DNA of 64,000 bases from Actinomycetota bacterium (lineage in GTDB: Bacteria > Actinomycetota > UBA4738 > CALAEC01). Every line of letters begins with the position of its first letter. Positions within the stretch are counted from its first letter, which is position 1. Positions 31,461 through 44,333 of this stretch are shown here, in pieces. The notes under the pieces are model-generated. The model was not told where the DNA came from. It was given only the letters and a program-made list of their open reading frames with translations, and did no database searches. The DNA is taken from assembly GCA_050692915.1 (NCBI GenBank), contig JBOGVU010000004.1, forward strand, positions 1,968 through 65,967. Direction: 5' to 3'. A program made the position numbers and the translations under genes.

Positions 31461-32864
31461 GTGAGAAGGAGAATCCGATGGTCCACGCTGGCCGTCTCCA
31501 TGACGGCCCTGGTGGCCGTGGGGGTGCCGGCGCAGGCCGACCATGCCACGCGGCCAAGCACCACGAACATCCATGCCCTGGGGCACAGCCCCCAGGAAGG
31601 GACGTTCAGCGTCCCCGATGGACAGCGGGTGATCAACTCCGACATCGCGTTCTGGGGAGACATCGCGTTCAACGGGAACTACAACGGGTTCCGGGTGATC
31701 GACATCTCCGCACCCGGGAACCCGAAGGAGATCTCCCACCCAGAGTGCAATGGTGACCAGGGCGACATCGTGGTCTGGGAGGACATCCTGGTCCGATCGT
31801 GGAACTCGCCGGCCCCGGCGGGACGGACCTGCGACGGTGAGCCGGTGCCGGTGGGCTTCGAGGGCGTGCACGTCTGGGACATCAGCGACCTCGACAACCC
31901 CACGCTGCTCACCGCGGTGGAGTTCAGCGCGGCGGGAGCGGCGCAGCGGGGCACCGCGGACGGCTGCGGCTCCCACACGGCGACGCTGGTCCCCGATCTC
32001 GAGAGCGATCGCCTGCTCGTCTACAGCAACAACTCGTCGGGTGCTGGTCGCCCAGTGTGCGACGCCATGGACATCATCGAGGTGCCCACGGACGATCCGT
32101 CCAGCGCCAGCCACATCGGCTACGTTCCGCTCACCGGCGGCTCGCTCGGCAGCAACAACGGCTGCCACGACGCCGGTGCGATCCTCGGAGACGTCAACAA
32201 GCTGGTGTGCGCCAGTGGCCACGCCGCGAACGTGTTCTCGATCGGCGCGCCCGGCGGTGGCACTCTCGAGAACCCACAGTTCCTCTACACGATCGAGGAA
32301 TCGGATGCGTTCGGGAACAAGGTCGGCATCGGGGGACGGTGGCACTCGGCCGGCTTCACCTGGGACGGGGAGGTCATCGTCCTGGGGTGGGAGCCTGGCG
32401 GTGGCGGCGCGGCAGAGTGCGAGGCCACGGACCCCGACATCAAGAAGAGCATGTTCTTCTACGACGCCGACACCGGGGCCAAGCTCGGCCAGTGGGTGCT
32501 CCCAAACCCGCAGGGGGCCGACGAGAACTGCACGATCCACGTCTACAACATCGTGCCCCTTCGGAGCGGCCGGTACGTCGCGGTGAGCGGGAACTACCAG
32601 GCCGGGACGTGGGCCACCGACTTCACCGACCCGGCCAACCCGGTCACGGTCGGCTGGTCCGACCCGCCCTCGCTCGGGCCCGGCCCCTTCTGCGGCGGGC
32701 AGTGCCAGATCGGCGGTGCGTGGTCGAGCTACTGGTACAACAACTTCATCTACGAGTCGGAGATCCAGGCCGGTCTGAACGTGTTCCGGCTGAGCGACTC
32801 CGCGACCGGCGGAGCGATCAAGCTGGATCACCTGAACCCGCAGACGCAGGAGTTCTCCCTGTAG
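31461..32864 (+). CDS. secreted LVIVD-repeat beta-propeller protein (paralog without PA insert)
   Basis: GTG start with upstream GAGGAGG. Colinear with paralog 1, including conserved Cys positions and the shared C-terminus LNPQTQEF. Confidence 0.7.
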   Translation: MRRRIRWSTLAVSMTALVAVGVPAQADHATRPSTTNIHALGHSPQEGTFSVPDGQRVINSDIAFWGDIAFNGNYNGFRVIDISAPGNPKEISHPECNGDQGDIVVWEDILVRSWNSPAPAGRTCDGEPVPVGFEGVHVWDISDLDNPTLLTAVEFSAAGAAQRGTADGCGSHTATLVPDLESDRLLVYSNNSSGAGRPVCDAMDIIEVPTDDPSSASHIGYVPLTGGSLGSNNGCHDAGAILGDVNKLVCASGHAANVFSIGAPGGGTLENPQFLYTIEESDAFGNKVGIGGRWHSAGFTWDGEVIVLGWEPGGGGAAECEATDPDIKKSMFFYDADTGAKLGQWVLPNPQGADENCTIHVYNIVPLRSGRYVAVSGNYQAGTWATDFTDPANPVTVGWSDPPSLGPGPFCGGQCQIGGAWSSYWYNNFIYESEIQAGLNVFRLSDSATGGAIKLDHLNPQTQEFSL

Positions 32865-32883
32865 CGTTCGCGGGCTGACGTTG

Positions 32884-32913
32884 GTGGGGGGTGGGCGCCG
32901 GCCCACCCCCCAC
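32884..32913 (+). terminator. perfect 13-bp GC hairpin (GTGGGGGGTGGGC-GCCG-GCCCACCCCCCAC)
   Basis: Perfect inverted repeat lying between the LVIVD paralog 2 stop and the amidohydrolase GTG at 32932. Confidence 0.5.
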
Positions 32914-32931
32914 GGCTATCCTCGTGCCGAG

Positions 32932-33972
32932 GTGACCACGGGGCGGCTGCTGGTTCGGGGGACGGGGGCCTGGATCGGCTCGGGCGAGGTCATCGAGGCC
33001 GCTGCCGTGGTCCTCGAAGGAACTCGGGTCACCTTCGCCGGTCCGGCCTGGGAGGCGCCCGAGGCGGACCGGCAGATCCGGGGCGACTGGTTCCTGATCC
33101 CCGGCGTCCTCGACCACCACGTCCACATCTGCCTGTCGGATCCGAGGGCGGTCCTCCGGGGCGGGGTGACGTTCGTCCGGGACCTGGCCTGGCCCGCCGA
33201 GGACATCTTCCCCCTGGCCGATATCTCCCAGGCCACGGACTTCGACGGTCCGGCCATCGCTGCGGCCGGCCCGATGATCACGGCTCCGGGAGGCTACCCG
33301 ACCGCCTCGGGGTGGGCGCCCGCCGGGACGGGGATGGAGGTGGCCGGGACGGACGAGGCGGCCCGGGCCGTGGCCCGGATCGCGGACCAGGACCCCGCTG
33401 TGATCAAGATCGCCCTCAACTCCGAGGCGGGGCCCACGCTCACCGACGGCGAGCTCCTGGCAGTATGCGACGCCGCTCACGAGCGGGGTCTGGCGGTGAC
33501 GGCCCACGTCCAGGGCCGCGGTCAGACGGAGCGGGCGCTTGGTGCCGGCGTGGACGAGCTGGCGCACTGCCCGTGGACCGAGCGGCTGGCCGATGACCTC
33601 GTCGAGGCCCTGGCCCGGACCGTGGCCGTGGTCAGCACACTCGACATCCATTCCTACGGGCGGGACACGCCGGAGCTAGGGACGGCCCTGGACAACCTCC
33701 GCCGGTTCGTGGCCGCCGGGGGGCGGGTCCGGTACGGAACCGACCTCGGCAACGGGCCCATCCCTCCCGGGATCCACGTCGGAGAGGTCCGCCACCTGGC
33801 CGAGGCCGGCCTCGACGCGGCCGCGATCCTGGGCGCCATGACGCTGTCACCTCTTCGGGAGGGGATCGAGGCCGACATGGTCGGGCTGGCCGGGGACCCC
33901 TTCGAGGATCTGGAGGCCCTGGGCCGGGTCCGCCTGGTGGTCCGTGGGGGCACGGTTCGGCTGGGCCCCTGA
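32932..33972 (+). CDS. metal-dependent amidohydrolase-family protein (alternative TTG start 32881 lies inside the hairpin)
   Basis: HHVH metal motif and TAHVQ…ELAHC, typical of the amidohydrolase fold. Confidence 0.75.
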   Translation: MTTGRLLVRGTGAWIGSGEVIEAAAVVLEGTRVTFAGPAWEAPEADRQIRGDWFLIPGVLDHHVHICLSDPRAVLRGGVTFVRDLAWPAEDIFPLADISQATDFDGPAIAAAGPMITAPGGYPTASGWAPAGTGMEVAGTDEAARAVARIADQDPAVIKIALNSEAGPTLTDGELLAVCDAAHERGLAVTAHVQGRGQTERALGAGVDELAHCPWTERLADDLVEALARTVAVVSTLDIHSYGRDTPELGTALDNLRRFVAAGGRVRYGTDLGNGPIPPGIHVGEVRHLAEAGLDAAAILGAMTLSPLREGIEADMVGLAGDPFEDLEALGRVRLVVRGGTVRLGP

Positions 33973-33983
33973 GCCCCGGTACG

Positions 33984-35324
33984 ATGCCGCCGATGACCGA
34001 CATCCCCAAGCCCCGCGTCGGGGTGGTGCTCGCCGCCGGGCGGTCCGAGCGGCTCCGGGCCGTGACCGGGGGCGGCTCGAAGGCGCTGGTCCGGCTGGGG
34101 GGCCTGCGACTGGTTGAGCGCGCCATCCGCACCCTGCTGACGAACGAGGTTGAGTTCGTGGTCGTCGTGGTCGGCTATCACGCCGGCCCGGTGGCCGCCG
34201 TGGCCCAGCGCGCCGCGCCGGGGCGGGTCCAGGTGGTGGAGGCCTCCGATTGGGAGGAGGGCAACGGGGCTTCGCTGGCCGCAGCCGAGCCCGTCCTGGG
34301 CGCCGAGCCAGGCTTCCTGGCCGTCAGCGCCGACCACGTGTTCGCCGAGGATGCCCTGGGGGACCTGACGAGGGCCGGCGGGCCGGCCGTCCTCGTCGAC
34401 CCCTCGCCGGAGCCGGAGGTGTGGAAGGAGGCCACCAAGGTCCGTATGGGGGCGGACGGGCGGGTGCAGGAGCTGGGGAAAGACGTGGACTCGCCCACGG
34501 TGGACGCCGGCGCCTTCCTCTTACCCCGGGAGGTGTTCGACGCGATCCGGAGGAGCAGGGCGCGCGGCGACGGGTCCCTGGCGGTGGCGGTGACCGAGCT
34601 CGGGAGAACCGTGCCGGTGGCCGCCGTGGCCATCCGGGCCGAGGCGTGGTGGCAGGACGTGGACACGCCCGAAGATCTGGCTCTGGCCGCCCGCAGGCTC
34701 CGGGCCGGCCTGCCCCGGCCCGGTGACGGCCCGGTGGCCCGGCTCTTGAACAGGCGCCTGTCGGTGCCGGTGTCCTGGCTGCTGGTCCGGTTCGGCCCGA
34801 ACCCGGACCTGCTGTCGGCGGCGGCGTTCGTGGTGGGGCTGGTGGCCGCGGCCTTCCTGGCCGCGGGTCTCGGGGTGGCCGGCGGCCTCATGGCCCAGCT
34901 CTGCTCGGTCCTGGACGGGGTTGACGGCGAGGTGGCCCGGCTTCAGCTCCGGGCCGGGCCCCGGGGGACCCTGCTGGACGGGGTCCTCGACCGACTGGGC
35001 GACGCGGCCATCTGCGCCGCCCTGGGCGTCTGGGCGTCTTCCGCAGGGACGTCCCCGGCCGTGGTGGTGGTCCTGGTGGCCGCGGCCACCACCGGAGCCA
35101 TGCTGTCTATGGCCACGAAGGACCGGGTGGCGGCCCTCGGCCTGGAGCCCCCCTCCGAGCGGCGGATCGGCTGGCTCCTGGGGGGCCGGGACGGCCGCCT
35201 CCTACTGATCGGGGTCCTTTCCGTGCTGGGGATGCCCCAGGCGGCCCTGGCGGCCACGGCCGGCACCTCGCTGGTCTCCGCGGCCATCCGGGTGTCGTTC
35301 GCCCGGACCGTCCCACCGTCCTGA
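33984..35324 (+). CDS. bifunctional nucleotidyltransferase / CDP-alcohol phosphotransferase (IPCT–DIPPS-like)
   Basis: N-terminal [12 protein letters not shown] and EEGNGASL nucleotidyltransferase motifs. C-terminal membrane domain carries the D-G-x2-A-R-x8-G-x3-D-x3-D signature ([10 protein letters not shown]…[13 protein letters not shown]). Confidence 0.65.
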   Translation: MPPMTDIPKPRVGVVLAAGRSERLRAVTGGGSKALVRLGGLRLVERAIRTLLTNEVEFVVVVVGYHAGPVAAVAQRAAPGRVQVVEASDWEEGNGASLAAAEPVLGAEPGFLAVSADHVFAEDALGDLTRAGGPAVLVDPSPEPEVWKEATKVRMGADGRVQELGKDVDSPTVDAGAFLLPREVFDAIRRSRARGDGSLAVAVTELGRTVPVAAVAIRAEAWWQDVDTPEDLALAARRLRAGLPRPGDGPVARLLNRRLSVPVSWLLVRFGPNPDLLSAAAFVVGLVAAAFLAAGLGVAGGLMAQLCSVLDGVDGEVARLQLRAGPRGTLLDGVLDRLGDAAICAALGVWASSAGTSPAVVVVLVAAATTGAMLSMATKDRVAALGLEPPSERRIGWLLGGRDGRLLLIGVLSVLGMPQAALAATAGTSLVSAAIRVSFARTVPPS

Positions 35325-35342
35325 GGCCGCCGTCGCCGTCGG

Positions 35343-35346
35343 TACA

Positions 35347-35348
<2 letters not shown>
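35343..35348 (+). promoter_or_regulatory. TACAAT -10 hexamer overlapping/adjacent to the uvrA start (leaderless if translation begins at ATG 35356)
   Basis: Exact TACAAT. Confidence 0.3.
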
Positions 35349-38219
<2,871 letters not shown>

Positions 38220-38223
<4 letters not shown>

Positions 38224-39824
38224 GCCGCCGGGTCTGTGATAGAACACGTCCCGCTGTGCTGAGTCGGCTCGTGCCCGTCCTGGGCATCATCGCGCTGGTG
38301 GCCACGGCCTGCGGTTCGCCCGACATCGTGGTCCGGTCCGGGGAGCCCGAGGGACCCTCGTGGTTCTCGCTGGTGGTGGACTCGACCGGCGATGCCGGGG
38401 CGGGGCTCTCGTTGGCCACGGACGCCGACGGCAACCCCCACCTGGCCTACGTGGCCCTGGAGGAGGAGGTCGAGGGGGAGGCGCCCGCGCCCGACCCGCT
38501 GGCTCCCACGCTCCCGGCGGTGATGCACGCCCACCTTGTGGGGGAAGCCTGGACCCGGGGACCGGTGGCCGAGGAGCAGGAGCTCGACGGGGCGTCGGAG
38601 ACGGCCATCGCCGTCGGCGCCGACGGGGTGCACCACGTGGCCTGGACCGCCGGCGGCCAGGTTCTCTACTCGTCGAACGCCGGCGGCGAGTTCGCCGAGG
38701 AGCGGGAGACGGTGGCCGACATCGGGGCCGTGGGCTTGTCGATCGCCGCCGACGGGGACGGGACGCCCCTGATCGCGTTCCAGACCGCCCTGGATGAGGC
38801 CGAGGGCCCAGCCTCGCTGATCAGGCTGGCCACGCCGGAAGGCGAGGGAGCCTGGACGCTGGAGACCGTGGCGGAGGCGTCCGCGCCGGAGGAGCCGGCC
38901 GGCACGGCGGTCGTCGTCACCCCCGACGGGCCGGTGGTGGCGTTCGGGTCCGACGGGGCCACGCTGGTGGGGGAGCGGCGGGGCACGCGGTGGTTCAGCG
39001 AGACCGTGGACGAGGACGGCGGCGTGGGGATGGCGGGTTCCCCCGACGCCGACGGGAACCCTCACCTGGCGTACCTGACGGGGACCGGCGACGTCAAGCA
39101 CGCCCACTCGATCGATGGCGGGCCGTGGGACGTCTCCGACGTCGGCTCGGGGGCCACCGGCTCCCCGGCCTCGATCGCCCTGGACGCCGAGGGAGTCCAC
39201 CAAATCGCCTGGCAGACCGCCGACGGACTGGCCTACGCCTCGAACGCCGGTGGAGACGAGTTCGCCGAGGAGGAGCTGCCCGCCTCCACGGCCGAGGGCG
39301 TCCGGCCCAGGGTGGGCGCCGGCGCCGACGGGACCGTGTACGTGGCCTTCCGGGACGAGAGCGACACCGAGGTCCAGATGGCCGTCCGCAGCGAGGACGC
39401 CCCCCTCCTGGCGGTGCCCGCCCCCGAGGAGGCTGCGGGCGGCGGGGGTGCCGGGCCGCCGACCGGCCCGCCCCCCTGTGAGCCGGAGGGGACCGAGCTG
39501 GCCATCACCGCCCCGCCCGGAGGGGCGGGAACCGGGTTCGACACGGATTGCTTGGCTGCTCCGGCCGGCGAGGCCTTCACGATCGAATTCGATAACCAGG
39601 ACGACGGAGCAGCCCCGCAGACCCACAACGTCGCCATCTACACAGAACAGCCTCCAGCGGGGCAACCTCTGTTCCAGGGAGAGATCTTCCCCGCACCGGC
39701 CGCAATGACCTATGAGGTCGACCCCATCGACGAGCCCGGCAACTACTTCTTCCAGTGTGACGTTCACCCGACCACCATGACCGGGACGTTCGTGGTAGCC
39801 GTCGCAGACGGCGAAGGCGGCTAG
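38220..39824 (+). CDS. lipoprotein: 7-bladed beta-propeller fused to C-terminal cupredoxin (type-1 Cu) domain
   Basis: Lipobox LVATAC. Seven ~45-aa repeats of the form xDxDGxPH(L/I)A(Y/W/F). C-terminal copper ligands His…Cys-x2-His-x3-Met ([10 protein letters not shown]). GTG 38220 overlaps the uvrA stop; alternative GTG at 38256. Confidence 0.65.
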
Positions 39825-39863
39825 CGGACCGACCGAATCCCTCGCGCTCGCCCGGTGGAGCCC

Positions 39864-39869
39864 TACAAT
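39864..39869 (+). promoter_or_regulatory. TACAAT -10 hexamer 17 nt upstream of the uvrC GTG
   Basis: Exact TACAAT. Confidence 0.3.
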
Positions 39870-39886
39870 GGGGCCGGACGGGCAGC

Positions 39887-41761
39887 GTGACCGACGACAT
39901 CCCGAGACCGGACCCGGCTTCTGTCCCCGACGCCCCGGGGGCGTACCTCTTCCGTGACCGTGACGGCCGGGTCATCTACGCGGGGAAGGCCAAGTCCCTC
40001 CGGAAGCGGCTGGGCGCGTACTGGGGCCGTCCCCTCCATCCCCGGACCGAGGCCATGGTGGAGGCGGCCGACCGGGTCGAGTGGATCGTGGCCTCCGGCG
40101 AGGTGGACGCCCTCCACCTCGAGTACAACCTGATCCAGGAGCACCGCCCTCGGTTCAACGTCCGGTACCGGGACGACAAGTCGTATCCGTACCTGGCGCT
40201 CACCGTGGCCGAGCGGTGGCCCCGGGCCATGGTGACCCGGTCGAAGCGGCGGAAGGGCATGCGGTCGTTCGGCCCGTACGCCCACGCGTACGCGATCCGG
40301 GAGACCCTGGACGCCCTCACCCGGGTGTTCCCCGTCCGGACCTGCTCGAACGGCTTCTTCGACCAGCGGCGCCGGGCCGGCCGGCCGTGCCTCTACTACG
40401 ACATCGGCCGGTGCGCCGGGCCGTGCGTGCCGGAGAAGACCGGCGTGACCGATGAGGGATACCGCGAGCACGTGGACCGGCTGGCCGACTTCCTGGCCGG
40501 AAACCACCGTCCCATCCTCCGGGAGCTGGAGGTGGAGATGCGTTCGGCCTCCGCGACCGAGGAGTACGAGAAGGCCGCCCGGTTCCGGGACCGCCTCACT
40601 GCCGCCGGGAAGGCCATCGAGTCCCAGGAGATGGTGCTGTCCCAGCGGGAGAACCTCGACGTGATCGGGCTCGACGAGGACGATCTGGAGGCGGCGTTCC
40701 AGGTGTTCTTCGTCCGGCGGGGCCGGGTCACCGGCCGCCGGGGCTGGGTGGTGGACCGGGTCGAGGATCTCGACGCGCCGGCGCTGGTGTCCTCGTTCCT
40801 GGAGCAGCTGTACATGGAGCGCGACGAGGTCCCCGCCCGGGTGCTGGTGCCGGTGTGGCCGCGGGACCGCGATGTACTGGAGGAGTGGCTGTCCGGTCGC
40901 CGGGGAAGCGCCGTGCGCATCGCCCTCCCGGAGCGGGGGGACAAGCGTCGCCTCCTCCAGGTGGTGACCACCAACGCGAGGGAGGCCTTCCTCCGCCACA
41001 AGCTGAAGCGGGCCTCGGACTTCGCGGCCCGATCCCGGGCTCTGGCCGAGCTCGGCGAGGCCCTCGGGCTGGCCCAGCCGCCGCTGCGGATCGAGGCGTA
41101 CGACGTTTCGAACATCGGTCCGACGGCAACCGTGGGCTCGATGGTGGTGTTCGAGGACGGCCTCCCGAAGCGCTCCGACTACCGCCGGTTCGAGATCAAG
41201 GGCGTCCCCGGGCAGGACGATATCGCCTCCATGGAGGAGATGCTCCGGCGGCGGTTCACCCGGTACCTCAGGGAGCTAGACGAGCCGGTGGCGAAGCGGC
41301 GCCGGTTCGCCTACCCGCCCTCGCTGGTCGTGGTGGACGGCGGGCGGGGCCAGCTGAACGTGGCCCTCCGGGTCCTGGATGAGCTCGGCCTCGATGTCCC
41401 CGCGATCGGCCTGGCCAAGCGGCTGGAAGAGGTGTACCTACCCGGGCAGCCGGAGCCGCTCCGGATAGGCCGGGGCTCGGAGGCGCTGTTCGTCCTCCAG
41501 CACGTCCGGGACGAGGCCCACCGGTTCGCGGTCGACTACCACCGGCGGCTCCGGGAGCGCCGGGCCATGGCCTCGCCGCTCGACGAGGTGCCGGGGATCG
41601 GCCCGGCCAGGAAGAAGGCCCTGCTCCGGCAGTTCGGCTCGCTGGCCCGGCTGGCCCGGGCCTCGGAGGAGGAGATCGCGGCCACCCCGGGGGTGGGCCC
41701 CCGCCTGGCCGCCGAGGTCGCGTCTCGCCTCCACCGGCCTTCCGAGGCGGCCTCGGCGTGA
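39887..41761 (+). CDS. uvrC: excinuclease ABC subunit C
   Basis: GIY-YIG N-terminus (GAYLFRDRDGRVIYAGKAKSLRKRL), UVR domain, and C-terminal RNase H-like and HhH regions. Confidence 0.9.
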   Translation: MTDDIPRPDPASVPDAPGAYLFRDRDGRVIYAGKAKSLRKRLGAYWGRPLHPRTEAMVEAADRVEWIVASGEVDALHLEYNLIQEHRPRFNVRYRDDKSYPYLALTVAERWPRAMVTRSKRRKGMRSFGPYAHAYAIRETLDALTRVFPVRTCSNGFFDQRRRAGRPCLYYDIGRCAGPCVPEKTGVTDEGYREHVDRLADFLAGNHRPILRELEVEMRSASATEEYEKAARFRDRLTAAGKAIESQEMVLSQRENLDVIGLDEDDLEAAFQVFFVRRGRVTGRRGWVVDRVEDLDAPALVSSFLEQLYMERDEVPARVLVPVWPRDRDVLEEWLSGRRGSAVRIALPERGDKRRLLQVVTTNAREAFLRHKLKRASDFAARSRALAELGEALGLAQPPLRIEAYDVSNIGPTATVGSMVVFEDGLPKRSDYRRFEIKGVPGQDDIASMEEMLRRRFTRYLRELDEPVAKRRRFAYPPSLVVVDGGRGQLNVALRVLDELGLDVPAIGLAKRLEEVYLPGQPEPLRIGRGSEALFVLQHVRDEAHRFAVDYHRRLRERRAMASPLDEVPGIGPARKKALLRQFGSLARLARASEEEIAATPGVGPRLAAEVASRLHRPSEAASA

Positions 41762-42663
41762 CCGCCCAGCCGGCCAGACGGGAGGAGCCTCGCCGGCTCC
41801 CCACCGGGCCCCAGTTCACCCTGATCACCGGCCTGTCAGGGGCCGGCCGATCGGAGGCGGCCAAGTGCCTGGAGGACCTGGGGTTCTTCGTGGTTGACAA
41901 CCTGCCCCCGGCGCTGATCCCGAAGATGGCCGAGCTCGTGGAGGCCACCGGCGGTCCCCAGCGGGTGGCCATCGTGGCCGACGCCCGCGGCGGGAAGTTC
42001 TTCGGTGACCTGGCCAACGCCCTCGACGTGCTCAGGCAGCGGCGGATCGCCACCCGGATCCTGTTCCTGGAGGCCTCGGACGAGGTGCTGGTCAGCCGGT
42101 TCGCCGAGACCCGGCGGAAGCATCCACTGGCCCCGGAGGACCGGCGTGAGGAGGGGATCCGCCGGGAGCGGGCCATCATGGAGGCCCTCCGGGGCGAGGC
42201 CGACCTGGTCATCGACACGACCGGGCTGACCCCGAACGAGCTCCGGGAGCGGGTCCGGGACGCCTTCTCCAAGGCCCCCCCGGAGGCCGGCCTCCAGGTG
42301 GCGGTGGTCTCGTTCGGCTACAAGTTCGGTGTTCCCCGCGATGCAGACGTCGTGCTCGATGTGCGGTTCCTGCCCAACCCCTACTGGATCGACTGGCTCC
42401 GGTCTCTCCCGGGGACCGAGGCCCCCGTCCAGAGGTTCGTGACGGGCCAGCCCACGTACGCCGAGTTCATGAGCCGCCTCCGGGGGCTCCTCGACTACGT
42501 GCTCCCGGGGTTCATGGCAGAGGGGAAGTCGTACCTGACCGTGGCGGTGGGGTGCACCGGCGGGCGCCATCGGTCGGTGGTTGTGGCCGAGGACCTCCTG
42601 GCGTACTTCCGGGAGAAGGGCCTGCCGGTGACCCGAGATCACCGCGACATCGGCCGGGACTAG
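41758..42663 (+). CDS. rapZ: RNase adapter protein RapZ (YvcJ family P-loop NTPase)
   Basis: Walker A GLSGAGRS. Conserved position downstream of uvrC. Confidence 0.85.
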   Translation: MTAQPARREEPRRLPTGPQFTLITGLSGAGRSEAAKCLEDLGFFVVDNLPPALIPKMAELVEATGGPQRVAIVADARGGKFFGDLANALDVLRQRRIATRILFLEASDEVLVSRFAETRRKHPLAPEDRREEGIRRERAIMEALRGEADLVIDTTGLTPNELRERVRDAFSKAPPEAGLQVAVVSFGYKFGVPRDADVVLDVRFLPNPYWIDWLRSLPGTEAPVQRFVTGQPTYAEFMSRLRGLLDYVLPGFMAEGKSYLTVAVGCTGGRHRSVVVAEDLLAYFREKGLPVTRDHRDIGRD

Positions 42664-42678
42664 GTACGCTCCTCACCC

Positions 42679-43260
42679 GTGAGCCGCGCCCTGGCGCTTG
42701 CGCTCGTCGCGCTGACAGTGGCGTGCGACGGGCCTGACGGTGGGTCGGGGCCGTCGGATGCCGGCGGCTCCGGTCTGGCCCCGGTGGTGCTCCGGGCCGG
42801 CGAGGTCCCCGAGGGGCTGGAGCCGGACCAGGCCGGGCCGATCGCGTCGATCCGGGACGTCCTGCCCCTGAGGCGGCGGTTTCCGAACCTCCCCCCGCTC
42901 GCGGACGGGCTCGCGGAGGGGTTCGTGGAAGGGTACCGGCGATCGTTCGCCGGCCCCGACGGCGCGGCGTCCTCCACGGTGGTCCGCATGGCTGACCCGA
43001 CGGTCGCCTCGGCCCTGGTCGCCTACCTCCGGCTGCTCCCGGTGGGGGGGCACGCCGGGACGCCAGAGGAGGTGCCGGCCACCGGCCTCGGGGAGAAGGG
43101 GTACGGGTGGCGCCTCCTGGTCCCCCGGCGCGAGTCGTCCGGCTACGTGTGGCGGTCGGGCGACCTGGTGGCCGCGGTGACGCTCAGCGGCCCGGTGGGC
43201 CGGGCGAACCCCGAGGCCTCCCTACCCCTGGCCGAACGGGTGGACGAACGCCTGGCCTGA
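42679..43260 (+). CDS. hypothetical lipoprotein (occupies the place of yvcK/whiA)
   Basis: GTG start. Lipobox LTVAC. Confidence 0.5.
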   Translation: MSRALALALVALTVACDGPDGGSGPSDAGGSGLAPVVLRAGEVPEGLEPDQAGPIASIRDVLPLRRRFPNLPPLADGLAEGFVEGYRRSFAGPDGAASSTVVRMADPTVASALVAYLRLLPVGGHAGTPEEVPATGLGEKGYGWRLLVPRRESSGYVWRSGDLVAAVTLSGPVGRANPEASLPLAERVDERLA

Positions 43261-43326
43261 GCTCGGTCGTGGGCGTGAAGGCCCGGCGGGTAGGATGGAC
43301 CGCGAGACCACAAGGAGGCGGCGACG

Positions 43327-44331
43327 ATGACGGTGAAGGTCGGTATCAACGGCTTCGGAAGAATCGGCCGTAACTTCTTCCGGGCGGCCAAGCGCCAGGG
43401 TGCGGACCTCGACTTCGTGGGGGTGAACGACATCACCGATGCGAGGACCCTGGCTCATCTGCTGAAGTACGACTCGGTGCTTGGGACCCTCGACGCGGAC
43501 GTCGGCGTGAGCGACGAGGGGATCCGGGTGGACGGCGACGAGCTGAAGGTGCTGGCCGAGCGAGACCCGGCCGCGCTCCCGTGGAAGGAGCTGGGCGCGG
43601 AGATCGTCATCGAGTCGACCGGGCTGTTCACGGACCGGGAGAGCGCCCAGAAGCACCTGGAGGCCGGGGCACAGAAGGTGATCGTCAGCGCCCCCGCGAA
43701 GGGTGATGACATCACGATCGTCCTCGGCGTGAACCAGGATGACTACGACCCGGCCACCCATCACGTGATCTCCAACGCTTCCTGCACCACGAACTGCGTG
43801 GTCCCCATGGCCAGCGTCGTCGAGGAGGCCTTCGGCATCGACCGGGCCCTGATGACCACGTGCCACGCGTACACGAACGACCAGAACCTGCTCGACCTGC
43901 CTCACGAGGACCTCCGGCGGGCCCGGGCCGCGGCCATCAACATCGTGCCGGCGAGCACGGGGGCGGCCAAGGCCACCTCTTTGGCCATCCCCAAGCTCAA
44001 GGGGAAGATGGACGGCATGGCATTCCGGGTCCCGGTGCCGGTCGGCTCGGTGACCGACCTGGTGTGCCTCCTGGAGCGGGAGGCCACGGTCGACGAGATC
44101 AACGAGGCGTTCCGGACAGCCGCCGAGGGCCGCCTCCAGGGCATCCTCAAGTACACGGAGGACCCGCTGGTCTCCTCGGACATCGTGGGGGACCCGCACT
44201 CGTGCGTGTTCGACGCGCTCTCCACGATGGCCATCGGGAACATGGTCAAGGTGATCGGCTGGTACGACAACGAGTGGGGCTTCTCGAACCGGCTCGTGGA
44301 GCTGACCGAGCTGGTCGCCTCGAAGCGCTGA
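43327..44331 (+). CDS. gap: glyceraldehyde-3-phosphate dehydrogenase
   Basis: [14 protein letters not shown]-binding motif and ASCTTNC active site. Confidence 0.95.
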   Translation: MTVKVGINGFGRIGRNFFRAAKRQGADLDFVGVNDITDARTLAHLLKYDSVLGTLDADVGVSDEGIRVDGDELKVLAERDPAALPWKELGAEIVIESTGLFTDRESAQKHLEAGAQKVIVSAPAKGDDITIVLGVNQDDYDPATHHVISNASCTTNCVVPMASVVEEAFGIDRALMTTCHAYTNDQNLLDLPHEDLRRARAAAINIVPASTGAAKATSLAIPKLKGKMDGMAFRVPVPVGSVTDLVCLLEREATVDEINEAFRTAAEGRLQGILKYTEDPLVSSDIVGDPHSCVFDALSTMAIGNMVKVIGWYDNEWGFSNRLVELTELVASKR

Positions 44332-44333
44332 GC

